From Basidiobolus meristosporus CBS 931.73 (lineage: Eukaryota > Fungi > Basidiobolomycota): DNA of 64,000 nucleotides. The position numbers were made by a program, and so were the translations under genes. Within the stretch, counting starts at the first letter, position 1, and each line of letters starts with the position of its first letter. The stretch spans positions 1 to 64,000 of the forward strand of contig MCFE01000289.1 in assembly GCA_002104905.1 (NCBI GenBank). Reading direction: 5' to 3'. The notes beneath the pieces were generated by a model, which ran no database searches, was not told where the DNA came from, and worked only from the letters and a program-made list of their open reading frames with translations. Of this stretch, positions 33,528 to 45,074 are shown piece after piece.

Positions 33528-35183
33528 ATGTCGCTACCCTTCTTGAGAATTTGTCGAGTCCAATTTTGCTCACGCTCACGGCTCCTCCTCCACGGTACGA
33601 GCAAGTCGAGAAGCCTTAGTGTTACTGGTAAATGCCTGCACAAAGCCAAACCACTGCCACCCGCTACCCAAAATGGGCTTAAGAATGAGAGCGCCGCCGC
33701 CGCCACCGCCACAGCACCAGATCTCGAGGCCTTGCAGGCGTACGTGCGAGGCCTGAATGTTGAATCGCAAAGCAAAGTCGACCCAGCCCTGTACCAGGCT
33801 GCTGCACCACTGGCCAACCGCTCCTCGGCAACCAGAGCTGCTCAATCCAGAAAGACCAAGAGAGCCACCGAATTCAGCGCACTAGAGCAAGGCCTCTCCA
33901 AAAGAGATGCCGAGAAGGTGTGGGAGGCGTTCAATTCGATGATTAGCTCTCCCCTGGAGTACAAACTTACCGCCAAACACTATGGACGCATGATACAGAT
34001 CTTCTCACGCGACCCCAAGACCGCCTCCGCCCGCTGCAACGAGGTGCTCAACAGCATGGCCAGGGTCGGGGTGAAATTCACTTCCACCCGGGACTACAAC
34101 TCGTTGATTACATGGCACTCACGCTCGGGGAATTTCGATCAAGCGAAGGCGATTCTCGCCGAGATGGGGATGAACGGCGTTTCGCCCGACGTTCACACTT
34201 ACAACATCATCATGAATGCTGTCGGGAGAGAGAGCCCGGAGAGCGCGTTTCAGGTGTACCAACGGATGATCAAGCAAGACATACTTCCTGATCTGGTCAC
34301 ATACAACACGCTTCTGAAAGTATGCAAGCAAAAGGGGGACATCGAGCTGCTCACCAAGGTGTACAACATCCTGCTGGAGGACGAAGGGGTCGAGCCCGAT
34401 GTAGTCACATACAGCATCCTTATCGACGCTCACTCCAAGAGACGCAACCTAGGAACGGCGCAAACCATCTACCGCGAGATGCTCGCCAACGGGGTTGCCC
34501 CAGACCTGGTGACGTTCAACAATCTGCTCGACGGCTTCGCGAAGTCGCTGGATGTGGACCAAGCGATGGCCCTGTACAAAGAGATGCTAGATCTCGACAT
34601 CAAACCCAACGTCATCACCTTTTCCATTCTGATCAACATGAGGGCGAAGTTCGGCCAGATGGAGGAGGCGATGAAGATGTACTCCGAGATGATGCAGCAG
34701 GAGCTCACCCCGAACGTATTCACCTACACCACGCTGATCGACGGCTTTGTCAAAACCAACGACATCGAGAAGGCGGCCGCCATCTACCAGGAGATGCTTG
34801 ATGCGAACATCTCCCCCAACGTTGTGACCTACAGCACTTTGATCCACGCCTACTCCAAAAGCGGCCTTGTGAGCCAGGCAATGGATCTGTTCCAGGACAT
34901 GCTGACCAACCGGGTCTATCCAGACGCGGTGACCTACAACACATTGATAGACGCCCACATGAAGACATCCAACCTGGAGTCGGCCCAGCGGATGTACAAG
35001 GACATGCTATCGCTCAACGTGGCCCCGGACGTGGTGACCTACAGCATCATGATCAAAGGCTACGTCAAGGCCGAGCAGCTGGACCTGGCCAAAGCGTTGG
35101 TCGAGCAGATGAAGAAATCCAGCATCGAGCCCAACCCTGACCTCCAGAAGTTCCTCAAGTGCCACGGGCTGAGCGACGGTTAG
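33528..35183 (+). CDS. Mitochondrial P-class pentatricopeptide-repeat (PPR) protein, intronless, 10-11 repeats
   Basis: Arg/Ser/Leu-rich N-terminal targeting peptide. Tandem 35-aa repeats (V.TY[NST].LI...A..IY.EM...G..P[DN]). Confidence 0.95.
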   Translation: MSLPFLRICRVQFCSRSRLLLHGTSKSRSLSVTGKCLHKAKPLPPATQNGLKNESAAAATATAPDLEALQAYVRGLNVESQSKVDPALYQAAAPLANRSSATRAAQSRKTKRATEFSALEQGLSKRDAEKVWEAFNSMISSPLEYKLTAKHYGRMIQIFSRDPKTASARCNEVLNSMARVGVKFTSTRDYNSLITWHSRSGNFDQAKAILAEMGMNGVSPDVHTYNIIMNAVGRESPESAFQVYQRMIKQDILPDLVTYNTLLKVCKQKGDIELLTKVYNILLEDEGVEPDVVTYSILIDAHSKRRNLGTAQTIYREMLANGVAPDLVTFNNLLDGFAKSLDVDQAMALYKEMLDLDIKPNVITFSILINMRAKFGQMEEAMKMYSEMMQQELTPNVFTYTTLIDGFVKTNDIEKAAAIYQEMLDANISPNVVTYSTLIHAYSKSGLVSQAMDLFQDMLTNRVYPDAVTYNTLIDAHMKTSNLESAQRMYKDMLSLNVAPDVVTYSIMIKGYVKAEQLDLAKALVEQMKKSSIEPNPDLQKFLKCHGLSDG

Positions 35184-35499
35184 GCGGCCCCCGTTGCCCA
35201 GGACTTTGCTTCCCATCGGTTGAGCCTTGGGATCCCATCTATCTATTACACACACACACACTTCAGATCGGTTGCATGGCATTGACCACCATTGAGGTGT
35301 AATACATAGCTCCTAATTAGATCATCCATCGTCACAATCCACATCAGTAAACATCTCAGAATTGCTCTTCTTTATTGGTGGTGGTCTGTATAGGCGTGGT
35401 GGGTGTTGTCGGGTGTCGGCGTCGGGTGTTTGCTGATGTTACATCAATAGGATTGCGAGGAGTAGGTTAAGGTTACCACTGGTGCGGGTGGAGGGGCTG

Positions 35500-35519
35500 G
35501 GGTTAGGGTTAGGGTTAGG
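35500..35519. repeat. Interstitial (TTAGGG)3 telomere-type repeat
   Basis: GGGTTAGGGTTAGGGTTAGG, about 20 bp past the VTI1 stop in the PPR/VTI1 convergent interval. Confidence 0.85.
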
Positions 35520-35536
35520 TGTATGCATGTAGCATC

Positions 35537-36711
35537 TTATGCCAGCTTCATATAAATTAAAAGGAGAAAGATCGCCAGAAGGGTAAGGAGCATTCCGTAG
35601 TTGATTAGTTTGTTGGTGAACATTCTGAGGGAGAGGGAGGAGAGAGAACATCAGTAGCGGTCTCCCGTCTGCCATCAACAATAGAAATCTACCTTCTTGC
35701 CATTTCTTTCAGTGTCATATCTGCTCGATCTAAATGAACCTCACCTTCCATAAGCTGCCAAAGGGGTGAGCGGTGGGGTTGAGATGTTCGATGAGGACTG
35801 TGTGCTTACCACGTCACCGGTGCGCAAGAGTTGTTCCCGCTGTCCATGAAGCCCCGAGAGTGTGCTCATCCCTAAGGCCTCTGAGAATATCGTGAATCTC
35901 CAGACATGTAGTACTAGACGTGACGGCCCCTCTCTTTACCTGTCTCCAATGCCAAACGGTGGCTGTTGTGTAGACGACGCGAGGACTCCTCCAAGCGATC
36001 CATGCCAGCCAACAATCTACTTCTCTGGTTCGCGTCGACATCGTCTATATCGACGGCCGACTGATAATCAGTCGTCGAGTCTTGGCCCTCCGAACTTTCG
36101 CAAACACGTTGCTGACCATACGGGGCGAGGATTAGCTATGGGTGAATGATGAAACGGAGTCGGAAGGCAACTCACAAGGTCCCTCTTTAGCGTTTGCAGG
36201 TCGTTTCGGTAACTTCGCAGTCTCAGTTCCACTCGGCCTCGTTTGGTTTGTGGGACCAGACTAATCTCGCTTTGCATGTCTTCCAGCTTCGAGCCGGTTC
36301 CAGGGGATAACAGGTTAGAGTTGGTTCAGTAGCTGAGCTACTCTAGCTCTCGCAATTGCCACCACTACAAGCACGTACCAGAGCCTCTGCCGCCGAAAGT
36401 TCGCGGTTCGCCTCTCTTATTTTCTCTCTTCGTTTCTCTACAAAGTCAAACGGTTCAGTGGTTGTTGGCCAAACCCGGGGGTGCCACGCGTGTAGAGCAA
36501 CGAAACGACTCTAACCTCCTCGTAGCCCAGGGATTTCCGAATGAATGTATCTTGTCAAGGGTACAGACAGCGCAGAATACTCCCGGTCATAGTTGACCAT
36601 CACCCGCGACGAGGAGAAGGGAGGGGAGTGAAAGGAAGCATTGGAGGTGGAGCCCAAAGCAGATTCAGCAAGCTCGCTGGTTTCCGAGCCTGAGAGGTAC
36701 GAATAAGACAT
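35537..36711 (-). CDS. VTI1: Vesicle-transport Qb-SNARE Vti1, multi-exon
   Basis: Spliced: ...YDREYSALSVPL...EKRREKIREANRELSAAEALLEDMQSEI...LRSYRNDLQTLKRDL...QRSRLLAGMDRLEESSRRLHNSHRLALETEALGMSTLSGLHGQREQL...MARRMFTNKL plus C-terminal TM helix. Confidence 0.88.
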
Positions 36712-37250
36712 TGGTGGAGAGTACCCGTCGATATGGGGACTTGATGGTGTAATACACAGAGGCCTTTAGAGTGCCTACACTCCCTTGGCGGAATACAACA
36801 CAAAAGGCAGAATGGGAGGGGCGGATGAGTGCGCAACGTACGATCAGTATAGCGAAGGACAAGTGGTACAGCTGTTGTTCTTCCTGCACACTTGAAACTC
36901 TAGCAAGTATAGGATTCTACAGCCAAACAATCAGGAGAAGGGAAATTATTTCAAGGTTCGTGGTGTGTAAAATAGGAGGCCAGCTACAATACCACCAACG
37001 GAGATCCGTATGTCATTGCGGAATCACCATCACCATCACCAAGAACGAGTCAGATTGGATGGGCGATTCAGTTGTATATTACATATTTATCAAACTATTC
37101 AATAGCCCACGTGAAGGAAGTCACAAATCAGCACCTGAAACCTCCAGTGGCCATATCCAATGTGCTGGGGAATTTCGAGGGGCAAGGTAGATGGTTTATT
37201 GAATCGGTCCTGTTGACAGGATAATGCATACAATGTGAAGGTGGGCAATC

Positions 37251-38044
37251 TCAGGCATAGCTCTTCTTGAAGTACGGTATCACCTGACTGCTTTTACCCC
37301 GCAGCAGCGCCTTGAGTCCAGGAAGAAGCATCCTGAAGTTCTCTTTGATCCAGGTCTTGTTGTAGTCGAGGTGACGACCATACGCTTCGTTCAAAAAACT
37401 CTTGTAGAACATGGACAGATCCTCGGCGGATACCGTACCTTTCTCCTTCTTGACTGGTGGTGTTGCGATAAATAGATGGGGTTCTCTTTGTCAGCCATTG
37501 TTTGTCATGGGGGAAACCTCGTGAACGTACTTTTAGCTATGTATTCCTCTTTTTCCTTCAGGAACTTGTAGTTGTTGTTCGACCAGAAATCCTGGTGCAG
37601 CTTGTTAACCCGCTCATTCCACTGTCTCCATTCTTTGTCCTAAACTGGGTGTGAGTGGGGAGCTACGAAAAAAATCGACTCATCTAAGCAATTACTTCTG
37701 CACTCTCGTTGGGAGGGATGTAGTATCTGACGGGACGAATGTTGGACAGTGGATCTGGATTGCCAATCAGGTTCTTCTCGGGTAACTCGGCGACGATTTT
37801 CCCTGTGTTATGGTGAGTGAGGGGTAAGGAAAGGCTCGACACCACGTGTGAGGGAGGAGGTTTCTCTTACTTGCGGCAACAACCGAGGTTGCGTGGAGGC
37901 TCCTACGCTGACTTTGAACCCATGATGCTCTGGCTGTCGCTCTGGACAGATTCTAGAGAGAACGGGTGAATACGAAGCGACTTTCAACCAGAGAAACGGG
38001 CCTGAAGGACTTACTCGCTGACAAGTTGAGCGTACAACCGACAT
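37251..38044 (-). CDS. COA8: Cytochrome c oxidase assembly factor 8 (APOPT1/DUF2315), mitochondrial, multi-exon
   Basis: Targeting peptide, then IGNPDPLSNIRPVRYYIPPNES...QDFWSNNNYKFLKEKEEYI...SAEDLSMFYKSFL...HLDYNKTWIKENF, matching conserved COA8 blocks. Confidence 0.85.
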
Positions 38045-38387
38045 TTTGAAAGTTTCAAGAGATTGGGAAGTTTTCATGGCACCGTATCAACAATTATACC
38101 AAAAACCCTTCCCGAAGAAATCCGAAGATTTTCGTCGGATCAATTGGCGTGAATTGGGGATTGTGGATACATTGCTGGTGATGCGGATGAAAATTTCGAA
38201 CTGTCACTATTTGGATGGGTGCTGGTGGACCTTGGTAGAGGATTCGTGGCTACCCAATATGTCTAAATAAATATCTGGTATGAAAGGTTAAATTTGACTA
38301 ATTCGGACTCTGCTCGATGATGGCTATTCTGGTCATTTATAACCCTCAAGTGACAAGCTATCCTTTAATAGATTTCACTTCCTAGCC

Positions 38388-39827
38388 ATGGCGGTAAGTG
38401 TTAGTTGCATGCTCTCAACCTGAACATTCCCCTAAGCAATTTTTGGTGACCAGCCACTTGAATGGGCACTTCTGATTCTGATCACTTTCTTCTCCTTTGT
38501 GTTCGTGCTGCTCATGGGGCCTTCTAGGCGCTTTCGGTTAGTAAAGAGATGGTTCGTTTGTTTTCAGGCATCCTCAACCCAACTTCGCTTTTGTTTCGTT
38601 GCTACAGCGACGGGCCCATCGGTAAACTCTATCGGTTCCTGACCCACGACGCCTCTGTTACGTTCCGGTACAACCTATCAGAGATAAGAATCCGCTTAGA
38701 CACAATCAACTGATATCCCTTTCGAATCCTTAGTACGCACGCAAGACGGCTTCTCGGAACCGGGAATTACGAATATCTAGCCAGGATATATGATTGGGTA
38801 TTGTTTGGAAGAAACCCTTTGGCTCAGGTAACTTGTCTAGGCTCCCTCCCAGATAAGGTTCACTCCGAGTGCTTACCGTATTCTTGCAGACGCTGTACTT
38901 GACCCTGCTGACTATTGGAGTGGTGATTTTCTTGATGTACGGTTGGCCAGAGGTGCCAGGGCCTTACGTTCATTGGTTCAATGTGTAAGTGACTTGTGGC
39001 TCGCGTTTTCATGATGTCGTTTGTCGCTAACCTGCTGCAGCTATACCATACCACCGACGATTCTCTTCACGTACGCAGCGTTTGCCAGAGCATGCTTCAG
39101 TGACCCAGGAGTCATCGATGAGACGAATGTTCAGAAAGCCTGCGAAGTATACGACTACGATCATCTGATCTTTCATCCCAAGGACTGCGCGACTTGCAAG
39201 ATCCAGAAGCCAGCACGATCCAAGCATTGTTCCCTCTGTGGGTCCTGTATCGCAAAGCATGACCACCACTGCATCTGGGTGAATAACTGCGTCGGCCAGA
39301 AGAACCACAAATACTTTCTGTTGTTTCTTTTTGCGACCATATTCATCGCGTTCTACGCCACCGTGGTGATCGTGCTGATATTTCTCGGTAAGATCCACGA
39401 ACAAGGTCTCCACAATTTCCATTACACCAACCAGGCGGGGCGGACGTACAAGGTCCCGATGTACAAAGTGTTCATATACATGCTGCACAAGAATGTTTTG
39501 CTCGGTTCGCTGGCCATTCTCGCCGTCCTGACCGGAATGATCGTTCTGTTCTTCACATTAGGCCACGTTCTGACCATCCTGAACGGGATCACCACCAACG
39601 AGGGCCTCAAGTGGGAGGATATCGACGGACTCATCAGACAAGGCCGGCTGATCCGAAACAAGCCTAAAGACGATCCACTTGCACGCCAAGCCATCATCGT
39701 CGACAAAGTGGACCCGACCAATGCCGATCAGTCGGATCCGGTGCAGAGCCTCGAGGAGTTGGAGAACATCTACGACAGAGGGGTTTGGGGGAATCTGATG
39801 GACTTGCTATTTCCACAGCCCATATAG
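38388..39827 (+). CDS. SWF1: DHHC palmitoyltransferase (Swf1/ZDHHC4-like), multi-exon
   Basis: [58 protein letters not shown]. Confidence 0.88.
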
Positions 39828-40150
39828 AATCTTTCTGTTCGGTTGGGATTTATTGCGGGTTTTTGAGGGCCAAAGTATTTAGACTAATCTACGCACGCAT
39901 CGTTGTATATGTGTTTTTGTGAGTAAACGTATTGAACGCACTTGGAGACCTCTATTTTTATAATTACTACAAGGAATGGCTGTGTACAATCGAGGTTCCA
40001 CCGAGATGTTTATGGTTTGTCAAGGGAGCGCCCGCTTGCCCTCAGGTAGCCGGGGGTCCAGGCTCGGGGCTGGTTGTATGCTGCTTGTCGTAGGGCGGCT
40101 CTACGGCTGGTCTATTGGATTCCAAGTAAATTAGTAATAGGAGATGATAG

Positions 40151-41411
40151 TCAGTCACCGAGACCACTTGCCTCCGAATCTACATGGCCTCCGGCCTCAG
40201 CCGAGGGAGTTTTCTCCTGAAGAGTCCTGCCACTTAGTCTCGTCAACTTTTCGGCCTGGTATTTCTTGACCTGTTGCCCGATCTCTGATATCAAGTCTTC
40301 CTTCACTGTGGTCAGAGGCGAGATCTTCCAATCGTCTACGCCGAGAGTATCTCGGTAGAAATTGGCCGAGGCCTTATGTGCAGTATCGGTGTTGATGATT
40401 TTCCGCTTCAGCTCCGCATACCGGCTTGCGATGGCGTTGAGACTGTTTTTGAAGCCCAGTTCACTGATACCTCCCTGGCAAGCCGGTGCCTTTAATGACT
40501 GGAATGTCGCGATACGGATACATCAAATGCTTACCAGAGAATTCGTGAGGATCTCCTTCTCAAAATGGGCCAAACGTTGACTGGTGCTGTTGGGGGGGCG
40601 TGGTTAGTCCCATCTTGAGTGCAAGAATGGCGCGCATGTGCCGCTACCTTTCGTTCTCCACGTGCTCATCTCCCGGGTTTCGGGATTGGCTTTCTAGCCA
40701 AGCTACGAATATAAAGGCTCCGTCCTCTCTGAGCCGGTGAAATATATAGACTGCGTCGTTAAGCTCTAAATCTCCACAGTGCTTGTACAATCCCCAAAGC
40801 CTTTTCCACGTTTCTTCAAACCAAAAGGGCAGTTAGTTTTTTCTAGCTGGTTTCGCAGCTGCGCTTCAATGTGTGAGGGTACCAACCAAGTGTCACCCGA
40901 ATCCCGACTTTCGGAAACGTTTCTGGTTGAGTATAATACAACAGATAGAGCGCGTAGAGAGTGCCCAGTTTGATCTCCAGCGCCTTGTGATCATCGAAGT
41001 AATCTAAAGGAGGAAGGGATTAGCTCTGCGTTCCAGGGGGTTGTTTTCCTATCGAACCGGCATCGCTAGCAGATCGACAGCCGTTCTGGAGTTCGGTACC
41101 TAGGACCAGGTGATATAGCGCATTCATAAACAGCTCTCGGGCGTTTTTCTCTGTACAGCCGAAATGGATCAACGAGAAGTCCAGCTCGCCCCAAGTTTCG
41201 GAAAACGCTTCAAAGGACGGGTTCTGCTTCTGAGTGATGGTGGGCAGGGGTCAGCAAAGCGGGTGATGAGCATCGGGAACTCGGTTGTGGTGAAGGCGCT
41301 TACTTTTTGATACGTTAGAAGCAACACCCGGATATCTTGCTCCAATGCTTTTTTGTAAATGCCAGTGGAACCTAAAGGTATGTAATCTACGGCTTCCTCA
41401 GCATTGGCCAT
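40151..41411 (-). CDS. SNAPC1: snRNA-activating protein complex subunit 1 (SNAP43), multi-exon; 3' end approximate
   Basis: Spliced: GIYKKALEQDIRVLL...SFEAFSETWGELDFSLIH...KLGTLYALYLLYYTQP...KVGIRVT...W...DAVYIFHRLREDGAFIFVA, matching the SNAPc_SNAP43 pattern. Confidence 0.8.
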
Positions 41412-41532
41412 TCTATAACTATAGACAACCCTATTTTCAGGTGGAAAGGTGGGCGAAAAGAAAAACTACGGTCACAATTCAAGGCGATTTATTGCGATCT
41501 ATTTCATTAGGAAAATCTGGTCAGGAGAGATT

Positions 41533-42891
41533 TCAATACTTGAGGGGGATTGGATCCAATCTACCCAGGAATGTGTTGTGTAAATATCGGATATTCTCAC
41601 TAAAGGTGGATTTGTTGGTCCCTACAAAGTACTGCCCATTCGCAGCCACCATGGATTCCACCATTGGCACCAGGAATCTCCCAATACTCGTTCCATCAAG
41701 AGAGTTATATTCTCTTTGAAGCGTCGTAAGCTCCGTTTGAAAATCCTCGGCAAAAAATGTACACGGGAAAGTACGGAATAGCGAAGTCAGGTTTGGATTG
41801 TGCAGTGGATCCGGTGAATCTGTAGACAAGTAGACGATGGGATATTCTGCAGGCTGGCCATGTTGAAGCTTGATGCACTGCGAAAGCGAAGGCCGTGTGG
41901 CATGAGTGGCGTAGGTTTGCGAGTAATGTTTGTTTCCCAGAGTCATCATTCTCAGCAGGTTCTCCACCATACTTTCCACGTTTTCCAACGCATTTGATAT
42001 AAAGATACTACCTTTAATACGAGCATGAACCGAGTAGTAGTTTCCGAGACCTCCCAACTTTCTAATAATTTCGTTGGACGCATTAATGACACTCCGATGT
42101 GAGTAAATTAGCTTGCTTCGAATGAAGCTTTGATGCTGTAAGGCCTCCCCGGTCCTTGCAGTAACCCGATGGGTTCCAAAGACCGAACCTAGAAAAAGTA
42201 TCCGGGCCGATAGAGTGCTAAGCTCCGAGACCTTCATGGTTTTGTTGAAGCGACTTTCTGATTCTTTCCTCTCTACGTCAATGTACTGTATCTCATCTTT
42301 CCAGATGTCTTTAATGTAGTAAATCCCCTCGAGGGATCCGTTATTGAAGCGGCTCAGCGCTTCAGGCTCCATGGTTTGTCGTTCATGAAGACGCAGGAAG
42401 TCTTGAAATACGGTCAAGTTATAAATATTGTTCCACGGAAGCATGGTCCAAGAGTCGTATTCATCGCACATTGCGCTTGACACCCGGGAGCAATAGTATA
42501 ATTCCGCCTTATCTCTCTTACGAAGCAGGTCATATAACGTGTCAAATGGATACCACTTCAGCGGGTCGCCCAGGTACAGCGGGGGTAGGATTAAAGACCG
42601 GTTAAGATGTTTAGCTAGCAGTAAAGCATTTTCAAGCTCGATTCGCTGATTATGAAAGCCGCTATGAGGAAGATAGGTCAGGAACCTCTCTTCGGGCAAG
42701 ATTCTGAGCGGCACTAGAACCGAGCAAGTAAATAACATTTCCCTACAGGTTTTATTTCGTTGAGGCTTACCTAAGCTATGAGTGCTTGTGTATATGCGGG
42801 TGAACGCCGTAATGGTGCTTTGAGCACGATACAGTAACCAGATAAAAGCACAAAACAAGACAGATACAAGGGTTTTACTGAGGTGACCCAT
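41533..42891 (-). CDS. Type II membrane GDP-fucose protein O-fucosyltransferase-like glycosyltransferase (CigA-like), intronless
   Basis: N-terminal TM, then YLPHSGFHNQRIELENALLLAKHLNRSLILPP, VHAR, YLSTD, A..QYFVGTNKSTFS, typical of the O-FucT/GT-B family. Confidence 0.82.
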   Translation of the reverse strand: MGHLSKTLVSVLFCAFIWLLYRAQSTITAFTRIYTSTHSLGKPQRNKTCREMLFTCSVLVPLRILPEERFLTYLPHSGFHNQRIELENALLLAKHLNRSLILPPLYLGDPLKWYPFDTLYDLLRKRDKAELYYCSRVSSAMCDEYDSWTMLPWNNIYNLTVFQDFLRLHERQTMEPEALSRFNNGSLEGIYYIKDIWKDEIQYIDVERKESESRFNKTMKVSELSTLSARILFLGSVFGTHRVTARTGEALQHQSFIRSKLIYSHRSVINASNEIIRKLGGLGNYYSVHARIKGSIFISNALENVESMVENLLRMMTLGNKHYSQTYATHATRPSLSQCIKLQHGQPAEYPIVYLSTDSPDPLHNPNLTSLFRTFPCTFFAEDFQTELTTLQREYNSLDGTSIGRFLVPMVESMVAANGQYFVGTNKSTFSENIRYLHNTFLGRLDPIPLKY

Positions 42892-43332
42892 ACAGTAACC
42901 TCGGTAGGTCCGGTTTGGCCTATGTTCAAGCACTCTATGGGTTTTAGAGGTCGTGGAACCAAATTGATAGCTACGTGACTGCATCTATCAGGGGCGAAAA
43001 ATGTTGGCAAGGTAGGGAATATTTCACAAGCGAAGGAGGCCTAAAGAAAAGGTGCCTCCAAAGTACCAAGATGCATATAAATAGCTGGTTAAGAAAGGCG
43101 TTGAGATTCAGTCTGGAAGCAAAGCCATTCTAAGTACGGTCCCTGGTTTTGCTACTTATGATTCAGACAATCCCCCTAATAGAGTAGCAGCCGGTTTTAA
43201 CTCTTGCCTAAATGCATATAAATATATCTATATGGAATGCACCTGCATTGTTGGCAGGGTAGGTAGACAATGTTATAGATTGTATCTTGAAAGCTACCAC
43301 TGCTATATAACGCGCCTATTCCAATCTCTTTA

Positions 43333-43353
43333 TAGGGTTAGGGTCAGGGTTAG
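43333..43353. repeat. Degenerate (TTAGGG)3-4 repeat in the divergent O-FucT/rhomboid intergenic region
   Basis: TAGGGTTAGGGTCAGGGTTAG about 90 bp upstream of the inferred rhomboid ATG. Confidence 0.75.
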
Positions 43354-43444
43354 TGATTGATCATGATAAATATAACCGCACGTGGATCATTGTCTAACTG
43401 ACCAGGTGGCTTGGAATCCAAGAGCGGGCCAAGGTATCTTTGCT

Positions 43445-44231
43445 ATGTTCCAGCGAAAGTGTATAGTTTTTCCTGGAACTCTTCTGCTAGCAATCGGCTG
43501 CTGCACAGCCTTTCTGTTGACTGAAAGTGAGATTCTTGATGCTCCGAAATTACTAAGTTACGATCCAGGCCTGATCGTTAAAGGTCAAGGTAAAGATGAA
43601 CGATAAGGGAAACTCAACGGACACACTAATGCACGAGAACCTATTTTCTGATAGTATACCGCTTCCTTAGCTATCCAATAGCGCACGATAATCTGTCACA
43701 TCTACTGGTAAATCTGGCAGTCTTCACACCGCTAGGAATTTATTACGAAAGATACCTAGATAGCCCAGGAACTTTCCTTTATACCATATTTGCTATATTT
43801 ACGTTCGTCCCGGCGTTCTTATGCTTCCTAGGCTCCTTCCTGCTGGTCGATTTGAACGAAATGAGTCTGGCTGGATGCAGTGGCTGGTGTTTTATACTAA
43901 GTACTTGGATGGTGAAAAGACATCAGTACAAAAGGTCTTCTGCATTCTAGGGTGGATACTTGAAAGCAACCGCTTTACTAATGACTATTATCTATATAGG
44001 TTCCTGTGGCTATTTCCAATCCTGCTGCTTCTATTCTATGCCGCTGTATGCCCAGACTCCACCTTTGCTGGACACGCAGCTTGTGTTGTTTTCGGCTACT
44101 TGTGTAAGTTGTCTTGTGATGCCCTGACTGATAAGTAGCATCACCTAATTGATTGTGTAGTCTCACACGGAGCCTTCAACTATCTTATACCAATCCGTGT
44201 TTCTCAGGCCAGCGAGTATTCGACGTTTTAA
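43445..44231 (+). CDS. Rhomboid-family intramembrane serine protease (Rbd2-like), multi-exon; ends approximate
   Basis: Not in the ORF track as one frame. Spliced: KGQ|VYRFLSYPIAHDNLSHLLVNLAVFTPLGIYYER...AGCSGWCF (GxSG serine)...TFAGHAACVVFGYL (catalytic His). Confidence 0.7.
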
Positions 44232-45074
44232 GGGTCAATTCAATAATTGATCAAGTGCTGACGAAGAATCAGATTAGCTTTGTGTCAACCCTACTTGGAA
44301 GCCAATGGTAGATCATCTGCGATAAAATAATCATCCTTCGATGTACCGGAACATATCTAGTGGCGTGCATCTGTAGTAAGGGATACTAAGCTTTGCTCAG
44401 AGTAAAGCAGGCGCCACAGATGTTCGGTGGCGCCTTCATCAATCCAAAGCCATTCCGTGATATCTACGGAGGCGTTATATTATCAACATCCAGATAGTAA
44501 ACAGAACCACTTGTAGCACACAAATCTTAATCGTCAATGGCACTTTCTGATTGTATACAGGCTCAACCGCACATAGATAATCTATGATTCATCGCGCTAA
44601 GCAGAGCCCAATGTTGTATAGCCTGTTAGTGTCCTCCCTACTTCAGCTGGTCCATAATAGATGATCAGTCACCCGATGAAGATATTCCCAATTATAGTAA
44701 CCATCATTAAGAGCTACCGGAAATTATTGGTAGACTTTACCAAGAGCCTTTAATCGAAGTTCGAGCACCTCCGACCTTGTTCTCTATGATCAATCTACTG
44801 ATGGCTAAGCGTGCGAAATGAGATTGCCTTGGCTTTATCTTTCCCGAAAACCAACAGGAATCAGGTGGTCTCGTGAGCCCTAAAGATTGTTACGTCGTGG
44901 ACTTACTACGAACATTACACAATCGGAATAACTGCACGCGCTATTTTACAAACTGAGTCAAATATGAGCAGCGTATGACCTTTTCCCAACACCCCGTCCC
45001 GTATAAAAGCAATGTGATTCGGTTCGTCCTCAGCATTCACCCGTCCGCCTTCGTAGGGTTACAATCTCAATCAA

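Noticed and set aside
34322-34968. Multiple overlapping ORFs within the PPR gene
   Set aside because: Expected from GC-rich, repetitive coding sequence with few stops in alternate frames.
36771-37190. 139-aa + strand ORF between VTI1 and COA8
   Set aside because: Non-ATG start, no domain, and it overlaps the VTI1 upstream region. Not supported.
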